NCBI GenBank assembly: GCA_907165135.1
Contig: OU015569.1
Span: forward strand, 12,400,001-12,464,000
Source of the DNA: Oikopleura dioica
Lineage: Eukaryota; Animalia; Chordata
Direction of reading: 5' to 3'
Length of the DNA stretch: 64,000 bases
Every line of letters starts with the position of its first letter. Position 1 is the stretch's first letter. The notes under the pieces were generated by a model that saw only the letters and a program-made list of their open reading frames with translations, ran no database searches and was not told the origin of the DNA. Below are positions 22,871 through 34,163 of the stretch, one piece after another. Made by a program: the position numbers and the translations under genes.

Positions 22871-25800
22871 ATGAGTACAGAATCGGCTTCCAGCTGGGAA
22901 CGAGTTCCGTCCGACTACGACATTGGTAAGTCTGGATCCGATTTAGGAGCATTTTTGGTAGCGACTTCTTTATTGCTTCTGTCGGAAATAAAGATTAGAC
23001 ATTAGATAAATGACTTGGCTTCATTTGAGCGGGAAACTAAGGGCGTCACTCTGAGACACCTTATTTTTACGCTCAATATGAAGTCTAGTTCTTTAACTAG
23101 TTCCTAGACTTTATGATGGACAAAGGCGATAAGGATGTGACTATCTTGGGTGTTTGAATCATTCTTTAAATCGTCCTCTTTGTCGAAAATTAATGAATAA
23201 TTGTTCAGTTTCAGTGTCATCGCCTTCAACTTCTCTCTCCCGCGCCGACTCTCCGAACTCAAGCTGCTCCGAAGAGCCTGAAATCGCGCTGCCTCTTCCT
23301 TCATCCTCCAAGAAGATCGTGATGGAAAGAAGCAAAGAAACGCGACCGATCTTCTCGACCTTCGAAAAAGCGCCTTCGCTGGATCCTTTTTCGCTGGAAT
23401 GGAAAACACGACGAGAAGCGGCGATCGAAGAGCTTCCGAAGCTGACGTCCGAGATGATCGAAGCGACGCCGTTTTCGAAGATGCAATGGAGAATGGTCTT
23501 TTTATGCTTCGTCGGAGGCGTGGCAGATGGCATCGAACTAATGTGCATCTCCTTCGTCTTGCCGCACATAAGATGTTCCTTCGCGCTCTCCGCTGTTCAG
23601 AACTCGCTTCTCTCTTCCGTCGGCTTTATTGGACTTCTTCTTGGTAAGAAAAAAAATTAATATCTCTTAAGAGAGAAGCCACAAAAAAGATATTCATTAT
23701 GAATTTTAGGAGGTCTGGTTTGGGGCTCAATCGGCGACGCAATCGGCAGAAGCGCGACTCTCTCGCTTTGCATGGCGGTGAACGGCATCTTTGGCCTTTT
23801 GACGGCTTTTTCGACGAGTTGGTTTTCAATCCTGCTTTGTCGATTCATGGCCGGAGTTGGCATCGGCGGCTCTGGTCTCCTCTTCACTTACGTCTGCGAA
23901 ATCGCGCCCAAGCGGCGGGTTGGCTTGTTTCTCTCGATTCTGGCGACGAGCTGGATGCTGGCGAATGTTCTAGCCTCGATTTTGGCGTATTTAATTCTTC
24001 CCTTCGAGCTCGTCGTTGGCTCCTGGCGTATCTTCATCACACTCTGCACTTTACCTGCCATCTTTTCTTCAATTTTATTCATGACAGCTCCAGAATCTCC
24101 CAATTGGTTAGCGTCCCAGGTAAACATGGCCACCCTTGATCTCCCAAAAGAGCTCTTTTAATGCTTTTTGTTTAGGGACGAGTGACCGATGTGATTTCGT
24201 CGTTGACCGCCTTTTTTCCTCAAAAATCGTTCAAGCATTGTAAGAATCAGCTTCTTCTTTGAATTCATTTCTAACTTCGTTCTAGTCAAAACTCTGCAGC
24301 CATTTGAGAAACTCGCCTCTTCTTCACCAGTTTCTGTTTCGACCTTTCTTTTCGAAAACCTGAATCTCTCCGCCTCCTTCAAACAACTTCTCAGCCCGCA
24401 GCTCATCAAAACAACCGGTAAGCAGCGTCCCTCAAACTTGAATTAATGGACTTGGTGTAGTTCCACTTTGGACCATCAATTTCTGCATCTCGTTTGGTTT
24501 CTACGGCCTCTCGCTCTGGCTACCCACGATTTATGCGAAGATGGAATCGGCGCCAGAAGAAAGCTTTTGCCAAGTTATTTCCAGCAATTCAAGGAAACAG
24601 TTAATAATCACCCTTATTTTTTGCGTCATATAAAGCTCAATTTTCAATATAGAGCCACCCATAGAACTTTTGCTTTGCGATAAGAGGTAACTCTCTTAGA
24701 CAGGCTTTTCGTGATCGAGTAAAAACGGAAAGTGGATTTGCGAGTGGCCATAAGCGGCTGAAAAGTGCTGAGAGAGCGGAATGACGCGCGAATTAAAGAG
24801 GTTTATTAACTTGTCTAAAGTAGATTTGGCTGCACGAATCTGGACAAGAAGCAATATATGGACTCGCTCTTCTTCGCCTTCGTCCAGCTTCCAGGTAATC
24901 GGCGAACGTTTACGCAGTTGCGCAAATTCGCTTCTGACTGATCAGCAGCGCTTTGCCGCGCACATCCCCTTAAAACATCGCTCGTTCGTATGTTCCTTTC
25001 CAGACTCTTTTTACCTTTGAGAGTCTCTCCAGGAGAAAGCAGAATCGAGTCAGCTCTTTTCATCGTTTGTCCATTTGAAAGGTCCACTTCTCCTTCCTAA
25101 ACCATACTCTTATCATAGTCTAACAAAATGTCGACTTGTTAAAATCAAGAGGCCGCGCTTTCCGCGGCTTTTTTCCATGATTTAGCTCTCCTATTACCTG
25201 AAAACTCGCCAAAGATAGGGTTGAAAGTAACGTAATAATATAGTGACACCCTTATTTAATACAACAAAAAAACATTTTGGAATCAAGGAAGATAACAACT
25301 AATACTTACAATAACATAAATCCACTGGTTAATTCCGTCTGGATTTTCATCAATTGCGCAGTCGACAGCGACTGTTACTTGCATCTGATTTTGTCCCCCA
25401 AAGACGGCGTGTTTTCCCTTCGAAAGCGTCGAGTAAAACTTTTCAAAAAGAAAAGGCTCGTCTAAACTGCGCTGAGTGTCGATTTCCCAGGGAAGGTCCA
25501 TGACTGAGTCGCTTTTGGGCTTTCCAGTTTGGAATTCTTCCGAAGCGAAGTAATCCTTTATGATGGGTCCTGTAAGAGGTTTTTTTCAGGAACTGATTAA
25601 GTTTTCACCCCATCCTTGATCGAAAACGGAGTCTTTTTTATCCAATCAATCAAATTGTCAATGATCAACCTCGGCCTAATTCCTTGCCCAGATCGCGGCA
25701 CATAAATACTTTTTGGTATAAGATCGTCTTTTTGTCCTGTTTCCAGCATTTTAAATTGCCCATTTTTATTAACCGCGTTCTAAGTTACTAGTGCCCGAGT

Positions 25801-27268
25801 CGCTCTCTGATTTTAAATTATTCAGCTGGTAATTTAAATTCGCCCTTGATTCGAATATTGCCTTATTATCGATTTTATGCTGTTTTTCCTTGCAGTAGTA
25901 TCTCAATCCGTCCATTTCTTCGCCCTCGACTCTTTGACGCTCAACGACGAGGCCGATGGAGTTGGCGGATCTTCTCGGCGAATGGGGAATCTTCCCGGGC
26001 AGCAAGAACATTTCCCCTTCTTTGATCGGGATTGACTTTTGCTGGCCTTTTTCTTCGACGACGAGTTCCATTTCCCCCTTGAGCTGCCAGAAGAGCTCCT
26101 CACCTTCCTCTAAGTGAAAGTCGTCGCGTTGGTTTGGCCCACCGACGAACATCACGTCGAGTTGCGTGTGATGCATTAGTTTGTTGCAAACGGGCGGAAC
26201 GAAGGACGATTCGTGCGCTTGTCTCGGTTCGAACTCGCAAGTCGAAAAAAATGATCGGAGAAATACGCATTCTCGTTTGATCATTTGCGATTCATTAATC
26301 TCTTGCTGTACTTATAGAACTACTCTCGTAACCGAGTTTCTTTGAGCCACTGGTCGACATTGATGATTTCGAATTTCTTCTTGATTTCAGAACTGTTAGC
26401 GGAGAGTTCAATCTGCGCCATCAGCTGAAATTTTAAGCATCAAAGCTGCAGTTTTTTTTATCTGTTTTAACCTGAGCGAGTGCTTCTTCGTGGTGACGAG
26501 CCTTGCGCACGAATGGCTCACTTCCAGAAAGAGGTGATTTCTGGCTCATTCTTTCCTTCTTCGATCCTCTTTCTTTTCTGTTGAAAAGTGGTGCTAGGAT
26601 TAGGATTGTTTTTACGATAGAGAGAGAGAGTAAGAGCGAGTGGGCGTATCACTTCGTAACATTTATTCTTCCTTGACGATCTGTCGCTCCTTCCGCTTTC
26701 GATCAAGGCCATAAATCGGCAGTTTCATCCTTGTTTTGCTCTTCCCCTCAAATTCTAATTCAGGCAACTTCATCACGATGACGCTTCTGGACCGAGTTGG
26801 CCCGCGCAAGATTCTGGCCGTTTCTTTATTCTTCAATGCGTTGGTGACACTTGGCTTACTGTACTCCGCATCGGCGTGGCAGTCGTTTTCGTTGTCGATA
26901 CTGTTTTCCGCCTCGAGTGTTTTCAGCTGGAACTCGCTCAACGTTGCCAATACCGCCTTCATGCCAGTTCGAGTTCGATCCTTCGCCACCGGCTCCTTCA
27001 ACGGTAACCAGCCAAAATATTCTTGAAAAGACTTTAAATTACATATCAGCTTCGAACCGACTTGGCGGCCTGTTCGGCTCTCTCCTGATCGGCGTCTTCA
27101 TCGAATCCGGCTGCGGCTACTCGGTGCTCAGGTAAGAAAAGTGAGGTTTTAGTTTCGCTTATTCGCAAATTCGCATTTGCAACTCGCCCGATGGATCAAC
27201 TCCTATTTAGCCTGTTCACGATGCTGATATTGGGGGCCATTTGCTCGACTCTCTTGCCCAAATCCTGA
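22871..27268 (+). CDS. SV2/SVOP-like major facilitator transporter, multi-exon
   Basis: [77 protein letters not shown] motifs; large intron 24895-26763. Confidence 0.88.
24910..26549 (-). CDS. HAAO: 3-hydroxyanthranilate 3,4-dioxygenase, nested in the transporter intron
   Basis: [63 protein letters not shown] plus the C-terminal second cupin. Start may instead be ATG 26421. Confidence 0.93.
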
Positions 27269-27762
27269 TTTTACCTGTGCTACTTATTTCAGATTAACCC
27301 CTGTCTGTATCTATTCGCGTGTATTCTTACTTTTCCCAAATAAACATCAACAAAAGCGTTATCGTTGTTGATACGGTATCAATGATACCCTGTCTGAGCT
27401 CGGCAACCTGTTTAGAAAACCTGATTCAGGCTCCTGAAATAGCTCTCTCAGGACCCTGACTCAGGTTTTCTACACAGGTTGCCGAGCTCAGATCGACGCC
27501 TATCGGAGATTCTTCGCAGTAAATTTTGAATATCTAAAATCCTCCCATTTTTCGCCTGAAAAAAGTGAGCATATGTAAAGTGATTGTTGGAACTACTGTG
27601 CTGCAGCCTGTAGGTACATAGATATAGCTTCAGCAAGTGTAACTACACATTTGACACGAGGTAGAACTACGGCCACATGTATGAGTATGGCAACTTGACA
27701 ACTAAGCACATGCAAGTTTTATTAGCAAGAAACCGAGTGCGCAGAAGAGGGAGAGAGAGAAT

Positions 27763-28647
27763 CTATTCCTCCGGCTGCTTGACGTTGATGGTGCAGTGGC
27801 CGGGAATCCTCTCCTTCGACTCCAAATCGCCGTCGATCTCGACATCGTGGTATCTGTACCAAGTAGCACCGTCGCATTCGCGGCACATAGTTCCGATTTC
27901 TAAGATGCGTGTTTTCGTTTCTCATTTTTTTTTTCAATTGTGGCTTACTGTCGCACTCGCCCTTGGTGGTGGTCTGGAGGTATCGAATGCTAGGCAAATC
28001 GGTGGAGTACTCGAATCGACACTCGTGCGAGCGCTGAGAAAGTGGCTCCGACATTGACCCGCATCGGAAGTCGGGCTGGTTCTTGATCAAGTTGACCGAG
28101 GCGTGGATGTGGTGGTGGTGGCACTCGTGGCGTCGCTTTTAATGGTTAGTAAATTCGTCCGATTTTGAGAAGTTGACAAAGTGACACTTTGTTCCTCTTT
28201 GGAGAAATAAAATAAGGGTATCACTTCGTTAGCTCTTCTAAGAAAATCGTAATTCTTGATGCTTATTCCTTTGAAATGCCCGCTTGCAAAATCCCATGAC
28301 TTTCGAATTCAATTTCTTTTTTGAAAGATTAACCTTGCCTTTCCATCAGCACGGAGTCTGTTGTCGAAAGTCCAGAACTGGCAAATTCTGTTCAAGTCGC
28401 AAGTTGCTTTGAGTTAAGCTCACAAGATCAAAAGCCGAATTAATTGGGACTCCAAGCGCGAATTAATTCAACTCCAAGTCTACTAGTCACAATTTAATTT
28501 GAGCTGATTCCTTTGCACTCCTGCTCGCCATTGGTATGGAACATGTAGTTGGCTAAAACAAGCATTTTTATTTTTTCTCGAATGAAAATGAAGAAAAATC
28601 TCACCAGAAGCGCTGCTCAAAAGAAGGAATGAAAAACCGAGCTTCAT
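27763..28647 (-). CDS. Secreted Cys-containing protein of unknown function
   Basis: Signal peptide MKLGFSFLLLSSASA; last exon KIGTMCRECDGATWYRYHDVEIDG...CTINVKQPEE*. Middle exon phases uncertain. Confidence 0.55.
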
Positions 28648-29683
28648 CTTTTTTTTCGGTCAAAATGGTCGAATGGCGAAGTTGCTGTCAACCACCAGCA
28701 GATGGAAAAGTTCATGACTTGGAGCAGCCGCTACTTTCTCAAGAAAATTAGAGTTGAGGAATCGGCAGTGGTGTGACCTTTAGATGATCATTTCCGTCTA
28801 AAATATTCTGAAATCTGATCAGATTGGATGTTTATCGAGGAGAATTCAGTGTTACAGTTGCTTCATTATTTACTGGGCTTGTCACGTGGCAAGTTGCGTT
28901 CTAAGTGTTCGAAACAAAGTATTCCCTCTTTTTTAGATTTTAAGGAGGTTACTTCCAATACAATACAGTGGTTTGACCGGTTTTGGTACCTCCGAGATTT
29001 CAAGAATTTTATTTGACTCTTGAAATTATTTGAATCATTGTTGTTTTTTAGGAAGATGATGATTTTAAAGTTTTTAAATCCTTTTTTCAGAAAGAAAAAC
29101 TCTGGACCTGTAAATATGAATTTTTAAAGGGGGTCTTTATCCGTCAATCCCGTCGGCGACCTGTGCACAAAACCTGAGTCAGGTTCTGAAAAAGCTAAAA
29201 TAAAACCTGACTCAGGTTTTCTACAAAAGTTGCGGAGCCGAGCGCATAGGAATCATCACTTTTGACGCTTCAAACTTACTGTAATGATAAATTATTGCTA
29301 CAGTAAGGTTGACGTCAAATCGCCAGTTTTCATAGCTTCTACTTTCGCAGTTGACGGTCTATTTTTTCCTGGAAGCGGTTGAGAAAAGGTAGCCTAGGAA
29401 TACTGTATGTTTTCTTCTTTTAATGAGGGTGTATTAGAGGTATTACATCAGTCACAGGCGCTGACGACAAAAGCGATTTTGGCAAGTTCGCGAAGGAAAA
29501 GAAGAAAAAGAGGTTTGGTCTCGCGCGCCATCGCGGATGTCACAAAATCGGCGCCATCGGAGTCGCAAAAAAAAGCTATAAAGAAGAAGATCTCCTCAAA
29601 ATTGCTGAAGAGCTCTTTCTTGCACACTTTCTATTTTCTTACTTAACAGAGCAGCTTGTACAGGGCAGGAAATACAACCGAGG

Positions 29684-32120
29684 ATGAAAATCGTGCTGTT
29701 TCTCGCGAAGCTGGCGCTCAGTCTCACCTGCAGCTCCATAGACGGACTCGCCGAAAGTTGCAAAGGTAAAATATTTTAATGGAGGCCAGTTTGTTAATTT
29801 AAAATTGATGAAAATGCTCTTTCTGCCCTAGATGTCAAAATGCGATGCATTTTTTCATTGACGATCATGAATTTTGAATCATTCAGAGTCCCCAAAAGTA
29901 ACTTTGTTCTTGGAAAAAGAAGCAACCTGCTATAAACTAAGTATTTGTTCATTTAGTCTGCAATTATCTTGGACCGCGAAATGCAAGAGTAACGAACGAC
30001 ATCATGAGTGCTTGCTTTGGGATCGCTAATTTGCTTAATTCTAGTGACTAGAAATTCAAGCGACGCAAAAGATATTTCTAGGAGTAAGAAATACCTAGGC
30101 TCGGCAAGAAAACCTGTGTAGAAAACCTGAGTTAGGGTCGAAAGGAGCTGAAATGAAACGCCGCATAGCGGCTATTCTATTAACGAAGTCGCTAAGCGGC
30201 TTCGCTAAAATTTTTTATAGATTGTAATGGTAATATTATATTATTAATATTTTTATTAATTAATTTTAGTAATAATATTTATTATTATATTATTAATATT
30301 ATATTACCATTACAATCTATAAAAAGTTCTAGCGAAGCCGCTTCGCGACTTCGTTAATAAAAAAGCCGCTGCGCGGCTTTTCATTTCAGCTCTTTTGGAC
30401 CCTGACTCAGGTTTTCTACACAGTTTTCTTGCCGAGCCCAGAGAAGTGCTCTCTTCTCAAATAAAACAATATAGCCGAGTACACCCTTAATCAAAAATCA
30501 AAAATAAAGCGATCCCTGAATCCAGCAATACTTTGAAGACTCTGGAATGCTGCGAACCGAAAATGGTGACCCGAGACAACCGCTTTTTAATGCCCTATTT
30601 CGTCAAAAGATCTCCCTCCCTTTTTTAAATACACAACGCTTTTGTCGTGATATTTTTTTGTGAGTTATTTTAGGCTGATATTGTTTCAAAATAAAATTTG
30701 CCTACTATAAGACTCGTTGACTGCGACTCTAGCGACGAACTTTGCAAACTCTTTGCATCCGTTCTCGACCAAGTCCAGCGCGTGTTCGATCAAGTAGTTT
30801 GTGCTATTCCCCTCGCTAAAGAGATATAAGACTTTGAAACCAACTGGACAATAGAATTATTAATCGCAAGATAAAAATTAATTCTGGAATTAGAAAATGA
30901 GATAGAGACGATGAGCGAGAAGGAAAAGATGGAGCAGGTTAAAACTTTCCTCTTGCGTGCACTATTACGATGCTCAGTTGGTCCATAATCGAGTTCAAGG
31001 ACGCGTTTGTAGCAGCTGACGAGTATGAGAAGATACTTCGCGAGCTCAAATGGGGAACTGATTTCTAAGGCGCATATTTCTAAATTTGAGCTTGTCGGAC
31101 TCGTCGGTGATCCTCATTTAGACCACAAGACATGGATGCGCCCAGAAGATCCAACATCGCCAAAGACACCAACTTTTATTATTGACGTTGATAACCCTGG
31201 ATCTGAATTAGCCGCAGAAGCAAGTGCTGCACTTGCAGCAGCGCACCTTGTTTTCCGTTGGGAAGAGCAAGAAGATTATGCTGATTTGTGCTTGCAACAT
31301 GCTCTGGAGTTGTTTGAATTCTAGGATACATATCGGGCCAGCTATCATAACTCCATTCCTAATAGCCGATCTGGCTATTCGGTGCTACCTCCGATAACGT
31401 CATCCTAACAGCTTCGATGGCGTTCTACAAAAAATCGGGCCAGTTGAACAGAAAACCAATCGACTGGGACAACAAATGGCCAGGTGTCCGTTTGCTCTTA
31501 GCCAGACAGACGAAGGACGAAGAGCTTGCGCGGTAATCTCTCAGTAGACTTCGGAAGACAATTTCTTCAGCTAGATACACCCCAAAAGGGTTGATCTTCA
31601 TCAATGAGTGGGGACCGCTTAGACACGCAGCAAATCATGCGTTTTTGGCCTTTATTTCAACAAAACTCGACCTCGACAATTCAGACGACCTTCTTGACTT
31701 TGCAAAGAAGCAAATGTTCTACATCTATGGCGACGGCGGAAGAAGTTACATAGTCGGCTTTGGAAAGAACTATCCGACAAAACCTCATCACAGGTGATTT
31801 TTTTTTTCAAGTACTTTTTAACGCATTTTTTCAGATCTTCTAGCTGCCCTGTTTCGCCGCAAGAGTGCGGCTGGGATGTTGCCGACGACAAAATGAGCCC
31901 GAATCCATTGATACTTTTTGGGGCGCTTGTTGGAGGACCTGATCGTTTTGACTCCTTCATAAACAATAGGAAAAATCATCAACAAAGCGAGGTCACACTG
32001 AGTAAAACTGATGAAATTTCACATGCGCCACGATAAACTTTAGACTACAATGCGGCTCTTGTCGGAGGAACGGCCGGCCTTCTTTACTACATCGATCTCA
32101 ACTACCTAACGGGAGTATAA
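29684..32120 (+). pseudogene. Glycoside hydrolase family 9 (cellulase) pseudogene
   Basis: FPLACTITMLSWS...KWGTD, VGDPHLDHKTWMRPED, PGSELAAEASAALAA, SYIVGFGKNYPTKPHHR, GALVGGPD, QSEVTL-NYNAA. Frameshift at about 31065, TAG at 31322, DAGD motif deleted. Whether the 5' signal-peptide exon belongs to it is uncertain. Confidence 0.85.
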
Positions 32121-32357
32121 ATCCTTCCTTGATAATAAAACATCACAACTCAATGCTTGCCTGCATAAAATATAGACTCGGGAAATATTTTCTGATGGCT
32201 CTTGTTTGTGGTGAAAGAGGCAGTTCGTGATGTGGAATGGAGATGAGTGACCAATACACATGTGAGAAAAATAGTGAGTTAAAGAGTCGAGATGCTTTGT
32301 ACTGCGTGTCGCTTGGAGTCGATGAAAGTTGACGACGTTTTTCTGCCATCATTTCCT

Positions 32358-33033
32358 TCATCTTTCTGCGTCTCTCCTCTGCAGCCTAGAAAATTAAGTT
32401 AGTTATTGTATGCTTTAGTGCTTTAGAAATTTACCTTTTTCGCTGCAAGAGCTTTTTCTTTTGCTCTGCCTTCTTTTTCGCGGCGAGAGCTGCCTAGAAG
32501 AAGTTGGATTAAGTTGCCAAAAGATGTGTTACCTTTTCTGGGTCCTTTTCCGACTCTCTTCGACCTAAATGGTCGATGGGCTTGACCCGTGGCTTGGCTG
32601 GCGACTGGCCGATGTTGGTCTTGGGCATGGAGTCTTTTTCTGTCTCCGGGAAGTTTAGCTCTGACGCGCGGAGAAGCCAGTTCGACTTGGCGCTCCAGTC
32701 GGTAACGACCGGGCCGATCTGTGCTTCCCAGTACGACTAGAAAGAATGGTTGTCCAAAGAAAAAGCAAAGAAAATACTCCCTTGAGATCGTCTTCTGTGG
32801 CAATGCCTAAACCAACTTCGACATCTTCCGGCTTCTCAATCATGATTCTGAATTTGTGAAGCCGCGATTTTCGCCCAGCAAGTAGCTCGCCCTCTGCGAC
32901 AATGACACGAAGTTGCTCTTCCCAGAAAGGGCTGAAGATTTATCAATATTCAATGCGCTACAAAAATTTCCACTTACGAAATGTTAGAACTGTTTATATC
33001 CTTGAGCTTATTGAGTGCAGTTTCTATCATCAT
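32358..33033 (-). CDS. Unidentified protein of about 165 aa with basic C-terminus
   Basis: Five exons joinable in frame (MMIETALNKL...PFWEEQLRV...SYWEAQIG...KKKLLQRKRLQRRDAER*). Confidence 0.5.
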
Positions 33034-33134
33034 TTTCTGGTCACATTGGTACTCGCGCCAGTGTTTTAGATTCAGCTCTAAAATGAATTATTACTCGACG
33101 AAAATGCAAATTTGAGACTCACTTTTTCCAAATC

Positions 33135-33345
33135 GCTTTGAACAGAATGGGCGCGTTGGGTCCATTCGTCCTTTTCCGGATCTCTTCGACCTAAATGGTC
33201 GATGGGCTTGACCCGTGGCTTGGCTGGCGACTGGCCGATGTTGGGCTTGGGCATGGAGTCTTTTTCTGTCTCCGGGAAGTTTAGCTCTGACGCTCTCTAA
33301 CCCTTTGAACAGAATGGGCGCGTTGGGTCCATTCGTCCTGCTTCG
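33135..33345 (-). repeat. Duplicated exon fragment (about 110 bp shared with 32555-32665) flanked by a 35-bp direct repeat
   Basis: ctcttcgacctaaatggtcgatgggcttgacccgtggc... occurs at both loci; gacgaatggacccaacgcgcccattctgttcaaag occurs twice. Confidence 0.75.
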
Positions 33346-34053
33346 AGTAACGGCCCCTCTCGCCATGCTTCGAGTAACGGGCCCCTCGTCGCTATACATC
33401 CCTAAACAATCAGATATTACGAATTTTACTTTAAAATAAAATTTTTTCATTTCAAGTCAGGTCCTACCTAAAATTATGTCTAGAATTCGATTCTGACGTT
33501 TTTTTAATTTTTTCAAAGAAAATTTCTCTCTGGAGCGAGTTTAAGGTACGGTTCCTTTTGAAATGAAAAAAATTAAAATTAAATATCAAGAAGCTGTTTA
33601 CCTCGGAATGCAATATCTCGCAACTGAAGTGCTTTTGTCACTTTCGGTTTGTCGTGTTTTGCAAAACGCGCCCCTTGCGAGAAATCGTCTGATAGAATCT
33701 GCGTATTTCGCGGAAAAGAAATTCATTTTTCAGTTGGAGAAAAAAGCCATCGTTTCACATTCAGCGCGGTCTCTTCCTTGATTTCAGAGGTTACTGTGAT
33801 TTCAGTAGACTCTTCGACATTCAAGGGCTTTTTTGTTTTTATTAGTTTCAGGCTGATATTGTTTCCAAACATGCAAAGTGGTAGAAAAAGAGAGAAGGGT
33901 CAACAAAAAGAAAAACAGAAAAAATAGAAAATAATTTTGAGGTTTTTTCAAACGCGAGACTGGGATTTTCGCGGAGGGACAATTTGGTTCAGTTGTTGTT
34001 TACTATTCCGAGCTGGAAAGAAATTATTTGAAATGAGCTCTTAGGCTGTTTAA

Positions 34054-34163
34054 CCCGTTGCCGAGCGGTAGGCGTAAAAATTCGTTCTACGCCAATAAGA
34101 ATGCCGTATTTCGAGCCCCAGGGCGTGTCAAAGCAACGAAACTGCAACGCGCTCAACAACGGG
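34054..34163. mobile_element. piggyBac-type MITE (110 bp)
   Basis: TTAA|CCCGTTG ... CAACGGG|TTAA; homologous to 4058-4167. Confidence 0.85.

Noticed and set aside
24592-24655. Possible TT-AG intron in the transporter (CAAG|TT)
   Set aside because: A canonical GT donor with the second AG of a tandem acceptor keeps the frame, and the terminal stem is only 4 bp.
31315-31330. Alternative genetic code suggested by in-frame TAG/TGA in GH9 and the 56k fragment
   Set aside because: These loci also have frameshifts or deletions, and intact genes end normally at TAA, TAG and TGA.
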